A stretch of DNA of 64,000 bases from an uncultured SAR86 cluster bacterium (GTDB taxonomy: Bacteria; Pseudomonadota; Gammaproteobacteria; Magnimaribacterales; AG-339-G14): positions 53,449-117,448 of the forward strand of contig CACJRI010000002.1 of NCBI GenBank assembly GCA_902595715.1. The letters run 5' to 3'. The position numbers and the translations under genes are program-made. The notes below the pieces were generated by a model. The model did no database searches. It was not told where the DNA came from and worked only from the letters and a program-made list of their open reading frames with translations. Shown in pieces: positions 20,002 to 29,126 of this stretch; the stretch's first letter is position 1, and the number at the start of each line of letters is the position of its first letter.

Positions 20002-20593
20002 GTATTTAATTTTTGTGTTTTTTAGTTCTGCTTTTTTTTATGGTTGTAGCTCAGTACCTCTGGATTATTCATCTTATGAAAATATTAATTTTCAAGAATT
20101 TGGTGAAATGAATAAAAACCGAACTCACATTTTGATAAATTTAGCTAAACAGGAACTTACAATAAAAACTCCATATTCTAGTAAAATTTACCCTATTTCA
20201 TCTTCTGCTTATGGTATCGGCAGTGTTCGAAATAGCTTAAAAACTCCTCTCGGTGCTCATGTAATTTCTGAAAAAATCGGCAATGGGGCAAAAATAGGTT
20301 CTGTTTTTAAGGCAAGGAAATTCACCGGAGAGGTTGTGGTACCAATAACAGAAAAAATAGATATTAAAGAGGATGTCATCACCACAAGAATTCTATGGCT
20401 GGACGGATTGGAAATTGGAAAAAACAAAGGAGGAAATGTAGATTCAAAAAGTCGTTATATTTACATTCACGGTACTGCCGAAGAAGGCTTAATTGGTCAG
20501 CCTGCAAGCTTGGGATGCATTAGAATGAAAAATATAGACGTTATAAAGTTATTCAATAGAGTGAGAAAAGGTACACAGGTATTGATTTACTGA
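19985..20593 (+). CDS. L,D-transpeptidase (YkuD-domain) lipoprotein
   Basis: Lipobox FFYGCSS and the catalytic HGT...GQPASLGCIRM motif. Confidence 0.8.
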   Translation: MKRLFKYLIFVFFSSAFFYGCSSVPLDYSSYENINFQEFGEMNKNRTHILINLAKQELTIKTPYSSKIYPISSSAYGIGSVRNSLKTPLGAHVISEKIGNGAKIGSVFKARKFTGEVVVPITEKIDIKEDVITTRILWLDGLEIGKNKGGNVDSKSRYIYIHGTAEEGLIGQPASLGCIRMKNIDVIKLFNRVRKGTQVLIY

Positions 20594-20616
20594 GTTTTAT
20601 TATTTACTTTAGATTT

Positions 20617-21213
20617 ATGAGAATTGCTTTAATTTTATTTTCCTACCTCCTTGCTAGCTGCTCTCAAGGAAATGCCGAAACAGAAAATTTTAACGCTATT
20701 AACTTTCAACCTGATTTAAATAAAATCCCTGTGGAGGGTTGTCCGGCAATTTTAAATCATAATATCCGCGTGCTTGACTCAAAAGAAATCGTCAATTTAT
20801 GTGACCATAAAGATAAGGTAGTTCTGGCAGTAAATGTTGCTAGTCGATGCGGTTTCACTTATCAGTATGAAGCTTTGCAAGCACTATTTGAAAACTATCA
20901 AGAAAAAGACTTTGTGATTTTAGGCTTCCCTTCTAGAGACTTTATGTTTCAGGAGTATAGTGATGAAGGTCAAGTTAAGGAGTTTTGTAATTCCAAGTAC
21001 GGTGTAACCTTTCCTATGTTTGCTACGTCTAGCGTCAAAGGAAAAAAAGCCAATAGCTTTTATCAAAACCTTGCAATGATCACTGGGAAATCTCCTGATT
21101 GGAATTTCACTAAATATTTGATCTCTAAAGATGGTGAAGTTTTAAAACCTTTCTCCAAGAATATAGAGCCCGATAGCGAAGAAATAATTTCTGCTATCGA
21201 ATCTCTGCTCTAA
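20617..21213 (+). CDS. glutathione peroxidase family protein with lipoprotein signal
   Basis: Lipobox LLASCSQ, then VNVASRCGFT (Cys-type Gpx active site), FPSRDF and WNFTKYL motifs. Confidence 0.9.
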   Translation: MRIALILFSYLLASCSQGNAETENFNAINFQPDLNKIPVEGCPAILNHNIRVLDSKEIVNLCDHKDKVVLAVNVASRCGFTYQYEALQALFENYQEKDFVILGFPSRDFMFQEYSDEGQVKEFCNSKYGVTFPMFATSSVKGKKANSFYQNLAMITGKSPDWNFTKYLISKDGEVLKPFSKNIEPDSEEIISAIESLL

Positions 21214-21262
21214 ATCATCATCTCTCTTATTTGAGAAACTTTCCCATAGAGGCGAGGAATAA

Positions 21263-22489
21263 TTACGAACTTAATAATAAATTTTCTCTTCTTCTAATGT
21301 TCATAAAAAATAAAGCAAGAATAAAGAGATTGGCAATTCCAGTTATTCCGGCAAAAGCAAAGGCCCAACTATAATCCCCATAGATATCGAAGAAATAGCC
21401 TCCTAAGAATCCTCCTAAACCCATTCCTATCCATCCAAAGAGAGAAGTTAAGCTCATTGCTCGTGCTCCAAATTTTGCAGACACCATAATACGCGTACAG
21501 ACTAATATGCTAGACATTACACCTGAATAAGTGAAGCCAAACAATGCCGCTAAAACATAAATTGAAGAGGGAGAAATTAAATGAGGGAACCAAACTACAA
21601 AGATTGTCTGACCAAATGACATTAAGATATATCCGGGTAAGGCTCCAATATAATCTCCCAGCATTCCACCAAGAATCCTCCCAAAGGCTCCACAAATCAT
21701 CAGTATCATCAACACAGAAGTGGCAAACTCAAGAGAAAAGCCCTTATCGGTGAGCAAAGGAACCAAATGCATTATTGGAATGGACATACAAATGCAACAA
21801 AAAATAACCGCAACACTGATCCAAGAAACTACTTCTTTTTCAGATAGAGGAAAGTTTCTGTCTTCCTCTTCTTCTTGATTTCTTGCATTGATTCTCCATG
21901 GTGATTCCTTGATAAGAAAAGCAATCGGTAAAGAAATTAATATATAGATGATAGCAAGGTTAACATAAGCCATTTTCCATCCTGAGCTCTCAATTAGAAT
22001 TCCACTAAGATGAGGTATGAAAGCCTGACCAATCGCTCCTCCCGAGGCAGCTAGGCCAAGAGCAAGTCCTGGATTTTCTTTAAACCAAAAGCCCACATTT
22101 GCATACAACGGAGAAAACAGTAAGGCGCTACCCATTGCTCCAAACAAAAAATATAAAGTATAAAACTGGAATATGGAATCGAGACTGCTAAGGGCAAACA
22201 AAACAAGGCTCATACAAATGGCGCCAACAAAACCAAACCACTTGGTTCCATATTTATCTGCGACTTGACCCCATAAAACACCAAAGACTGCTGAAGAAAG
22301 GGATGCGACAGTGTATGCGAATGATGTCTGACCTCTAGACCATCCAAATTCTAGAGAAACTGGCTTCAAGAAAACTGAAATTGAAGCCATAGAGCCAAAA
22401 GCTAAACCGCTTAACACAAAAACAACTAGGACCATTACCCAGCCATAATTAATACCTTTGTCCTGAAAAAAATCCTCTATCGTTTTCAT
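21263..22489 (-). CDS. MFS transporter
   Basis: 408 aa, about 12 predicted hydrophobic helices in 6+6 layout with a charged central loop (NQEEEEDRN). Substrate unknown. Confidence 0.75.
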   Translation of the reverse strand: MKTIEDFFQDKGINYGWVMVLVVFVLSGLAFGSMASISVFLKPVSLEFGWSRGQTSFAYTVASLSSAVFGVLWGQVADKYGTKWFGFVGAICMSLVLFALSSLDSIFQFYTLYFLFGAMGSALLFSPLYANVGFWFKENPGLALGLAASGGAIGQAFIPHLSGILIESSGWKMAYVNLAIIYILISLPIAFLIKESPWRINARNQEEEEDRNFPLSEKEVVSWISVAVIFCCICMSIPIMHLVPLLTDKGFSLEFATSVLMILMICGAFGRILGGMLGDYIGALPGYILMSFGQTIFVVWFPHLISPSSIYVLAALFGFTYSGVMSSILVCTRIMVSAKFGARAMSLTSLFGWIGMGLGGFLGGYFFDIYGDYSWAFAFAGITGIANLFILALFFMNIRRRENLLLSS

Positions 22490-22561
22490 ATTTTCATCAA
22501 AAAAATGACTAGTCTGCTTTAGAAATCTCGTCTATTAAGCTGGAGAAGCTTTTTTTCTAAA

Positions 22562-23239
22562 TCACTGCTCTAAAACTTCCGGAACTCCATTTTTATCTAT
22601 AACTAAACAATCAGCCTTTCTTGCTGCAAATATACCATTGGCTACGACTCCAGGAATGTTATTGATTTCATTTTCAAAGTCATACGGTACGTTAAGTTTT
22701 AAGTTGCGAACGTCTATTATTTGATTACCGTTGTCAGACACAAATCCTACTCTATATTCTGGAGCTCCCCCTTTTACCACCATCTGTCGTGCGACATAAC
22801 TTCTTGCCATTGGAACGACTTCAATAGCAACTGGAAATTTTCCAAGTACTTTTACTTTTTTAGAAGAATCGCATATGCAGATGAATTTTCTAGATGCTGA
22901 AGCAATGATCTTTTCTCGAGTCAATGCTCCGCCACCACCTTTAATCATTTCAAAGCGATCATTGATTTCATCAGCACCATCAATATAAAAATCTGGCGAG
23001 CCAACGTCATTTAATTCGGATACTTCCAAACCTGCCTCTTCCAATAGTTGCGTGCTTGCAATTGAACTGGATACGATGGCTTTGATTTCAGGTTTTTTAT
23101 TGATTAATTCTTGGATAAAAAAATTAGTAGTACTTCCTGTACCAATACCCAAAATACAATCCTTATGAAGCTTTGTGGCCAGATACTCATAAGCTTTGCG
23201 TGCAACAGCTTGTTTGGTTTCTGAGATAGAATTTTCCAT
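22562..23239 (-). CDS. rpiA: ribose-5-phosphate isomerase A
   Basis: GIGTGSTT, DGADE and KGGGGALTREK motifs. Divergent from ilvA, as in Pseudomonas. Confidence 0.9.
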   Translation of the reverse strand: MENSISETKQAVARKAYEYLATKLHKDCILGIGTGSTTNFFIQELINKKPEIKAIVSSSIASTQLLEEAGLEVSELNDVGSPDFYIDGADEINDRFEMIKGGGGALTREKIIASASRKFICICDSSKKVKVLGKFPVAIEVVPMARSYVARQMVVKGGAPEYRVGFVSDNGNQIIDVRNLKLNVPYDFENEINNIPGVVANGIFAARKADCLVIDKNGVPEVLEQ

Positions 23240-23293
23240 GTCTATGGCTTATAAGAGAACTCTACGTATAATACCTCGCTTTCCAGAATTTTT

Positions 23294-24826
23294 ATGAAAA
23301 AAGTAATCAAAAACTACATAGATAAAATAGAGAACTCTAAAGTTTATGAGGTTGCTAGTATTTCGCCTCTAAGTAAGGCTGATAATTTATCAAAAGAACT
23401 GGCAAATAGTATTTACTTAAAAAGAGAAGATTTACAGCCTACTCACTCTTTTAAAATTAGGGGTGCTTACAACAAGATTGCTCACCTTTATCAATCCAAA
23501 CAGATTACTGAGGTGGCAACAGCATCCGCGGGAAATCATGCACAAGGAGTAGCTTATTCGGCAAAAGAGCTAGGCATTAAAGCCACTATCTTCATGCCAA
23601 AAACCACGCCTTTAATCAAAGTAAATGCGGTGAGAGCTTTAAAGGCTAAGGTAGTTTTGATTGGTAATAACTTTGATGATGCGCTTAAAGAATCGAAAAC
23701 ATTTTGTAAGAAAAATAAAGTAAATTTCATCCACCCATTTGATGATCCATTAGTAATTGCAGGACAAGGTACAGTTGGCATGGAAATTTCAGAACAATTT
23801 CCTGAAAATCTTTATGCTGTATTCGTTGCTGTTGGTGGTGGTGGTTTGATTGCTGGAATTGGAACTTACTTAAATAAGGTTCACCCTAATGTAAAAATAA
23901 TAGGTGTTGAAGCAGCAGATTCAGCTGGATTACATGCCTCTATAAGTGCAGGGAAAAGAGTGAAACTCAAAGAAGTTGGATTGTTTGCTGATGGAGCTGC
24001 GGCAAAACAAATAGGAAAAAAGAACTACGAACTTATAAGAAATTTCTTGGATGATTCAATTACCGTTGATACCGATGAAATTTGTGCTGCTGTAAAGGAT
24101 ACTTTCTTGGAAACTAGGACGGTTCCTGAACCTACCGGAGCATTAGCGCTTGCAGGATTAAAAAAATACATTGGCCAAAAAAGAATTAAGAATAAAAATC
24201 TTATCGCCACTTATTGCGGCTCAAATCTCAATTTTGAGTCTTTAGGACATATTGTTGAAAGATCCAAAATTGGAGAAAAAAAGGAAATTATTTTAAGTAT
24301 AGCTATAGACGAAAAAAAGGGTTCGTTTAGAAAACTTTGCAAAGACATCGGTCAAAAAAGTATCACCGAGTTTAGTTATAGAAAAGATGGCAGTTCTAAA
24401 GCAAAAATTCTTTTGGGATTGGAGCTTCAAGATTCAAAGAGAAGTAAAGATACCTTTTTAAAAACCCTAAAAAATAAAAAGTACTCTTTTACAGATTTAA
24501 GTAACGATGAAATTTCTAAAAAGCATCTTAAATTCATGCATGGCGGCAGAGGACCCCAACTAGAAAGTGAATTCATAGAAGAAGTTTACAGTGTAGATTT
24601 CCCTGAAAAACCAGGCGCCCTTCTCAATTTTTTAACCTTGCTAAAAGACAAATGGGATATCTCCCTTTTTCACTATAAAAATCAAGGTGCAATCTATGGT
24701 GGTGCTTTGGTAGGATTTACAATAAGACAAAACCAAGTAAAAAGTCTGGAAAGAGACCTGTTTAGGATATCCTATCCATTTACCAGAGAGACTGAAAACC
24801 TAGGTTACCAAGCCTTTTTAAAGTAA
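23294..24826 (+). CDS. ilvA: biosynthetic threonine ammonia-lyase (with C-terminal regulatory domains)
   Basis: LKREDLQPTHSFKIRGAYN PLP-lysine motif, SAGNHAQG and GGGGLIAG; 510 aa including the tandem ACT-like C-terminus. Confidence 0.95.
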   Translation: MKKVIKNYIDKIENSKVYEVASISPLSKADNLSKELANSIYLKREDLQPTHSFKIRGAYNKIAHLYQSKQITEVATASAGNHAQGVAYSAKELGIKATIFMPKTTPLIKVNAVRALKAKVVLIGNNFDDALKESKTFCKKNKVNFIHPFDDPLVIAGQGTVGMEISEQFPENLYAVFVAVGGGGLIAGIGTYLNKVHPNVKIIGVEAADSAGLHASISAGKRVKLKEVGLFADGAAAKQIGKKNYELIRNFLDDSITVDTDEICAAVKDTFLETRTVPEPTGALALAGLKKYIGQKRIKNKNLIATYCGSNLNFESLGHIVERSKIGEKKEIILSIAIDEKKGSFRKLCKDIGQKSITEFSYRKDGSSKAKILLGLELQDSKRSKDTFLKTLKNKKYSFTDLSNDEISKKHLKFMHGGRGPQLESEFIEEVYSVDFPEKPGALLNFLTLLKDKWDISLFHYKNQGAIYGGALVGFTIRQNQVKSLERDLFRISYPFTRETENLGYQAFLK

Positions 24827-25369
24827 TTGCTTATCTGTAAAAACTACATCTAACTTTAAGTCAAAGTCTTCAAGTTTTAATTTTTTAATAAATTGAAACT
24901 CATAAGCTAAGCCAATAAATTCTGGTTCGGTAACTCCTGAAAAAGTTTGGTCATAGAAACCTCCTCCGAATCCCAATCTTTGAAAGTTCTCATTGAAAGC
25001 GCGCAAAGGAACAATAACCGCATTTAATTTCTCGATCTGAATGGTTTCCTCGCTAATGGGTTCAAGGATATTTAAAGAATTTTTTTTAAATTTAGTTTTT
25101 TTATTACAAAGTACAAATTCCAATTTATTACTCTTGGAATTAATTTTTGGCAGGTATAAATGATTTTTGGAATCTGCAAGAAATTTATTTATTTTCTCAG
25201 TTGATACTTCATGAGGTAGAGACACATAACTTGCAACGTGTGATAAATTTTTTTTCTCCAAATGAACTTTTATAAAATCTAAGTGAACTTTTTCTTGATA
25301 ACTTTTGGAGAAGGAAGTTAAGCTTTTGAAGCCTTTTGAAATTAAATCTCTTGCTTCGGTTTTATTCAT
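24818..25369 (-). CDS. 5-formyltetrahydrofolate cyclo-ligase
   Basis: LGFGGGFYD motif near the C-terminal third; ~180 aa. It lies directly downstream of the 6S RNA, as for E. coli ssrS-ygfA. Confidence 0.8.
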   Translation of the reverse strand: MNKTEARDLISKGFKSLTSFSKSYQEKVHLDFIKVHLEKKNLSHVASYVSLPHEVSTEKINKFLADSKNHLYLPKINSKSNKLEFVLCNKKTKFKKNSLNILEPISEETIQIEKLNAVIVPLRAFNENFQRLGFGGGFYDQTFSGVTEPEFIGLAYEFQFIKKLKLEDFDLKLDVVFTDKQLL

Positions 25370-25371
25370 AT

Positions 25372-25555
25372 TTAAGAGAGCTTCCCAAGTTATCGCCGTT
25401 AAATAAAACCCGAACCGTAAAGTTCAGGTCGGGAAGAATCACCATCTATCAGGCTGCCCTAAGGGCGCTCAACAAGAGAAGTATCAAATTCCCTGTTTAT
25501 TTTGCATCGGCTCGAAGTGTTATATAACTAGCAAATAAGCCAGGAAGCTTTGAAA
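25372..25555 (-). ncRNA. ssrS: 6S RNA (approximate ends)
   Basis: A 200-nt non-coding gap sits exactly at the conserved zapA-ssrS-5FCL position. On the minus strand, 5' AGCUUCCUGG (from ~25549) pairs with UUGGGAAGCU (ending ~25379), giving a ~170-nt RNA closed by a 10-bp terminal stem. There is an internal hairpin CCCGA..UCGGG. Confidence 0.7.
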
Positions 25556-25569
25556 ATTATAGCAATATT

Positions 25570-25938
25570 TTAAAGCTTAGATAATTCAGAAATCTCGTCT
25601 ACTAACTTAAGGCTTAAATTTTCTTCTTCAGATGAATCGACTTTTTCTTCTGAAACATTTGCGGCTGATTTTTCATCTGTAGCTTCCGGTGATTCATCAT
25701 TTGTCTCGGTTGAAGAAGCTCCTTCGTTTGAGAGGAATTCATTCACTACATCAAGACCTGCTAATACGGCAACTTTTTCAATTGGAAGATTTCTAGTTTT
25801 GCGTTTGATGGATTTGATTCGCTTATCCAAGATTTCTCCAGCTTCAATCAAAGTGGATTGTTCCTCGGGAGGACAATATAGCTGATACTCGATGCCAGCT
25901 ATTTTAAGCGTTACTATGTCTTGATCGTCTTCACTCAT
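25570..25938 (-). CDS. zapA: cell division protein ZapA (with acidic/Ser-rich C-terminal region)
   Basis: The N-terminus VTLKIAGIEYQLYCPPEEQSTLIEAGEILDKRIKSIK...VAVLAGLDV aligns with E. coli ZapA. Synteny with ssrS. Confidence 0.8.
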   Translation of the reverse strand: MSEDDQDIVTLKIAGIEYQLYCPPEEQSTLIEAGEILDKRIKSIKRKTRNLPIEKVAVLAGLDVVNEFLSNEGASSTETNDESPEATDEKSAANVSEEKVDSSEEENLSLKLVDEISELSKL

Positions 25939-26123
25939 AAAGCCTCTAATTTTGAAATCAATATTTCTAACTTATTTCTTGATAATTCTATATTATCTTT
26001 TAGACGATTATTCTCTTTTTTAAGTCTTAAATTTTTGTTTCGTAAATCTTTATTTGCCTCTCTAAGTTTTTTAGAAAGTTCTAAAAGTTCTTTTAGATTT
26101 TTCTCTAATTCCTTCTGCGACAC
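25935..26123 (-). CDS. small coiled-coil protein upstream of zapA (ZapB-like)
   Basis: 62 aa with a heptad-like pattern rich in L/K/E/N. ATGA-type 4-nt overlap with the zapA start. Confidence 0.6.
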   Translation of the reverse strand: MSQKELEKNLKELLELSKKLREANKDLRNKNLRLKKENNRLKDNIELSRNKLEILISKLEAL

Positions 26124-26190
26124 AGATATTATTTTATTCTTATATCAATAACGTTTCTATAAAGACTTTATATTGAAGTAAAATCAACAT

Positions 26191-27471
26191 ATGGACATTT
26201 TTCTAGAAAGAAGAAAAAAATTAGCTGATCTGTTGCCTGATGGATCGGTAGCAGTAATTCATTCAGCCAATCAAAAAATCAGAAATGGTGATACTGACTA
26301 TTCTTTCAGACAAGATAGCGATTTTTTGTACTTAACTAACTTTAATGAAGCCGATGCTGCATTAGTTATTGAAAAAAAAGGGAGTACGATTTTTCATCTC
26401 CTCTGTGCGGAAAAAGATGAAGTAAGAGAAAAATGGGAGGGACCTCGATTGGGTCCTGAAAATGTGACCCAACTGGGTTTTGATAGCGGTTTTAAAATAG
26501 ACGATCTTATTTTAAAAACCACTGAATTTCTCGAAGGTGCAGATCATTTATTTTGTCAAAAGAAAAGTCAAAAAAAATTATTCTTTGCATTAACCAAAGG
26601 GTTAAAAGGTAAAAAGATCAACTTTGATTTAAATCCAAAAAACATTAAGAGTGTTGATTTTTTAATACACGAATTAAGACTTTTAAAATCAAAAGAAGAA
26701 ATTAGTATTATTCAAAAAGCATGTGATATCTCATCTTCGGCTCATGAAAGAGCAATGAAAGCTGTAAAACCAGATATGTACGAATATCAACTTGAAGCAG
26801 AATATATGCATGAATTTATGGTCAATGGAGCAAAGGAGTGTGCCTATCCTTCTATCGTGGGAGGAGGAGAAAATGCATGTATTCTTCATTACAGCAAGAA
26901 TACAGATTTGCTAAAAGACGGCGATTTGGTTCTAGTCGATGCAGGCTGCGAATACAAGGGCTACGCGAGCGATATCACTAGAACTTTTCCTGTTAATGGA
27001 AAATTTTCGTCAGAACAGAAACTTATCTACGAGATCGTTTTGGAATCTCAAAAGCAATCTATTGAAAGCATTTCAGAAAAATCTAATCCTCTTGAGACGC
27101 ATAGAAAATCTTTAGAGGTCATTGTTGAAGGACTATTAAGCTTGGGTTTGTTAAAAGGCTCTAAAGAAGAGGTAATTGAAACTCAATCTTATTCAAAGTT
27201 CTACATGCACCGCGTCGGTCATTGGTTGGGTCTTGATGTGCATGATGTCGGAGGCTATGAGAAAGATGGCAAGGTAAGGTCTTATGAAAATGGGATGATT
27301 ACCACTATCGAGCCAGGAATCTACATCAGCAAAGAAGAAAACGTACCTGAAAAATTCAAAGGAATTGGAATTCGAATCGAAGATGATGTACTAGTTGAAA
27401 ACAATCAGCCAAAAGTTCTTAGCTCAGCCATTAAAGAGCTTGATGACATTCAACAACTGATGGCGAGTTAA
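26191..27471 (+). CDS. pepP: Xaa-Pro aminopeptidase
   Basis: FRQDSDFLYLT, LVDAGCEY.GYASDITRT, HRVGHWLGLDVHD, EPGIY and IRIEDD metal-ligand motifs. Confidence 0.9.
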   Translation: MDIFLERRKKLADLLPDGSVAVIHSANQKIRNGDTDYSFRQDSDFLYLTNFNEADAALVIEKKGSTIFHLLCAEKDEVREKWEGPRLGPENVTQLGFDSGFKIDDLILKTTEFLEGADHLFCQKKSQKKLFFALTKGLKGKKINFDLNPKNIKSVDFLIHELRLLKSKEEISIIQKACDISSSAHERAMKAVKPDMYEYQLEAEYMHEFMVNGAKECAYPSIVGGGENACILHYSKNTDLLKDGDLVLVDAGCEYKGYASDITRTFPVNGKFSSEQKLIYEIVLESQKQSIESISEKSNPLETHRKSLEVIVEGLLSLGLLKGSKEEVIETQSYSKFYMHRVGHWLGLDVHDVGGYEKDGKVRSYENGMITTIEPGIYISKEENVPEKFKGIGIRIEDDVLVENNQPKVLSSAIKELDDIQQLMAS

Positions 27472-28604
27472 TGAAATATGATGTCCTCATTGTTGGTGCT
27501 GGCGTAACTGGTGCCCTCCTTTTTCTTGCATTGAAGAATAAAAATATAAACGTCGGTCTAATAGATGGTCGAGATAAAGCACCAAATAGTTACCGCCATC
27601 TATCATTGAATAACAAGAGTATGACATTTCTAAAAGAGCTAGATGCATGGAATGTCATAGGTAAAACTGCTTTTGAATACAACCAGATAAAGGTTTGGGA
27701 TCAAGAAGGCACTGGATTCATAGATTTCAATGTAAATGAATTGGAAAAAAATATTCCGAATATTGGCTTCATAGTCAAAGAAGGAGACATTCAAAATTCT
27801 CTGTTATCTCTCGTTTCCGATTCAAAAAATCTTTTGTGGAGTTGTAATTTAGAAAAAATAGAAAAAATTAATGGAGATATTCATTGCGAAACATCAAAGG
27901 GAAAGTTGGAGACAAAAATTTTAATAGGCGCAGATGGCATTCAATCAAGTGTAAGAAACCTTTCTTCGATTTCTTCAAGAACTTGGAGTTACAATCAGAC
28001 AGCAATAGTTGCTAACTTTTCTGTACCCCAAACAGACCCATGCATTAGACAAACTTTCACCTCGGTGGGACCGCTTGCTTTGCTCCCAATGAATGAGACT
28101 GAACTTACCATGATATGGTCCATTGACGATACCAAGGCCTATGATTACTTAGGTATGAATGAAGATGACTTCATAAATGAAATTCATCAATCTTTCGGGG
28201 AAAAACTTCCAGAAATAAAATTCTCAGCCAAAAGGCAGTCATTTCCTCTAAAACACCTTTCTGCAAAAACTTTTGCCAGAGGTAATGTTTTTCTTGTGGG
28301 AGATGCTGCGCACCATATACATCCGTTAGCAGGATTGGGATTAAACGCAGGAATCGGTGATGTGAAATCTCTATCGGATTTAATTACTCCTGAAAGTTTG
28401 CTTCAAGTTAAACAAATTGAAGATAAATATAATCAACAAAGAATTCCAATCAATTTAGCCCTAGCAGCTGCTATGGAAGCCTTCAAAAGAGGTTTCGAGC
28501 AAAAAAATATCTGGATAAGACTTATTAGAAATCATGCTTTTAGTCTTACAAATAAACTAACTTTTCTAAAAAATAAATTTATTGAGCTCGCTACTGAGCT
28601 TTAA
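27471..28604 (+). CDS. ubiH: FAD-dependent ubiquinone-biosynthesis monooxygenase (UbiH/UbiF/VisC family)
   Basis: YDVLIVGAGVTGA dinucleotide fold, GADG..S.VR and GDAAHHIHPLAGLGLN motifs. pepP-ubiH order as in E. coli. Confidence 0.8.
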   Translation: MKYDVLIVGAGVTGALLFLALKNKNINVGLIDGRDKAPNSYRHLSLNNKSMTFLKELDAWNVIGKTAFEYNQIKVWDQEGTGFIDFNVNELEKNIPNIGFIVKEGDIQNSLLSLVSDSKNLLWSCNLEKIEKINGDIHCETSKGKLETKILIGADGIQSSVRNLSSISSRTWSYNQTAIVANFSVPQTDPCIRQTFTSVGPLALLPMNETELTMIWSIDDTKAYDYLGMNEDDFINEIHQSFGEKLPEIKFSAKRQSFPLKHLSAKTFARGNVFLVGDAAHHIHPLAGLGLNAGIGDVKSLSDLITPESLLQVKQIEDKYNQQRIPINLALAAAMEAFKRGFEQKNIWIRLIRNHAFSLTNKLTFLKNKFIELATEL

Positions 28605-29125
28605 TTCTTAATTAATGATTTGGAAAAATCCTCAACTCTTTTCCAATCAGTAAATTCAAATCTAGCCTTGGCGTCTGTGGGGCCATCGGTGATCCACATG
28701 ATAAATCTAATCATAAATCTATCGAAAAAATTATAAGTTGGGTAATCTACAACGCCAGCAAAAACATCCATTTTTTTTGGTCTCCATTTTGTAGCTTGGA
28801 GAAATTTTGCAACGTAGGGATTGGTTTCTGGAGAATTTTTTTCTGGCTTTCTAGCAACTACATTTACACTAAAAAACGCGTTATCTTTGCTTGAGAGCTC
28901 ATCAAGGTTTTGTTCGATAAACTCGAAAAGTTCTTTTCGATATTTACCATATCTGATGCTAGCACCAATAATAATTTGTTGATAATTTTTTAAGCTCAGC
29001 GATTGAGCTTCAACTAATGAGGTTAGGTCAACGTTAACATTACGCTTGATATGTTCAGCAATTTTGCTCGAAATTTTTTGTGTGTGACCATCTACAGAAG
29101 AATATATTACAAGAGTATTTCTCAT
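28601..29125 (-). CDS. hemG: menaquinone/quinone-dependent protoporphyrinogen IX dehydrogenase (flavodoxin-like HemG)
   Basis: IIGASIRYGKYRKELFEFIEQN...FFSVNVVARKPEKNSPETNPYVAKFL...WRP...DRFMIRFIMW...FTDW aligns along its length with E. coli HemG. Confidence 0.85.
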   Translation of the reverse strand: MRNTLVIYSSVDGHTQKISSKIAEHIKRNVNVDLTSLVEAQSLSLKNYQQIIIGASIRYGKYRKELFEFIEQNLDELSSKDNAFFSVNVVARKPEKNSPETNPYVAKFLQATKWRPKKMDVFAGVVDYPTYNFFDRFMIRFIMWITDGPTDAKARFEFTDWKRVEDFSKSLIKN

Positions 29126-29126
29126 C

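Noticed and set aside
25336-25527. 63-aa plus-strand ORF in the zapA / 5-FCL gap.
   Set aside because: It overlaps the 5-FCL start and the predicted 6S RNA on the opposite strand, uses a TTG start, and has an Arg/Leu/Ser-rich composition typical of non-coding sequence.
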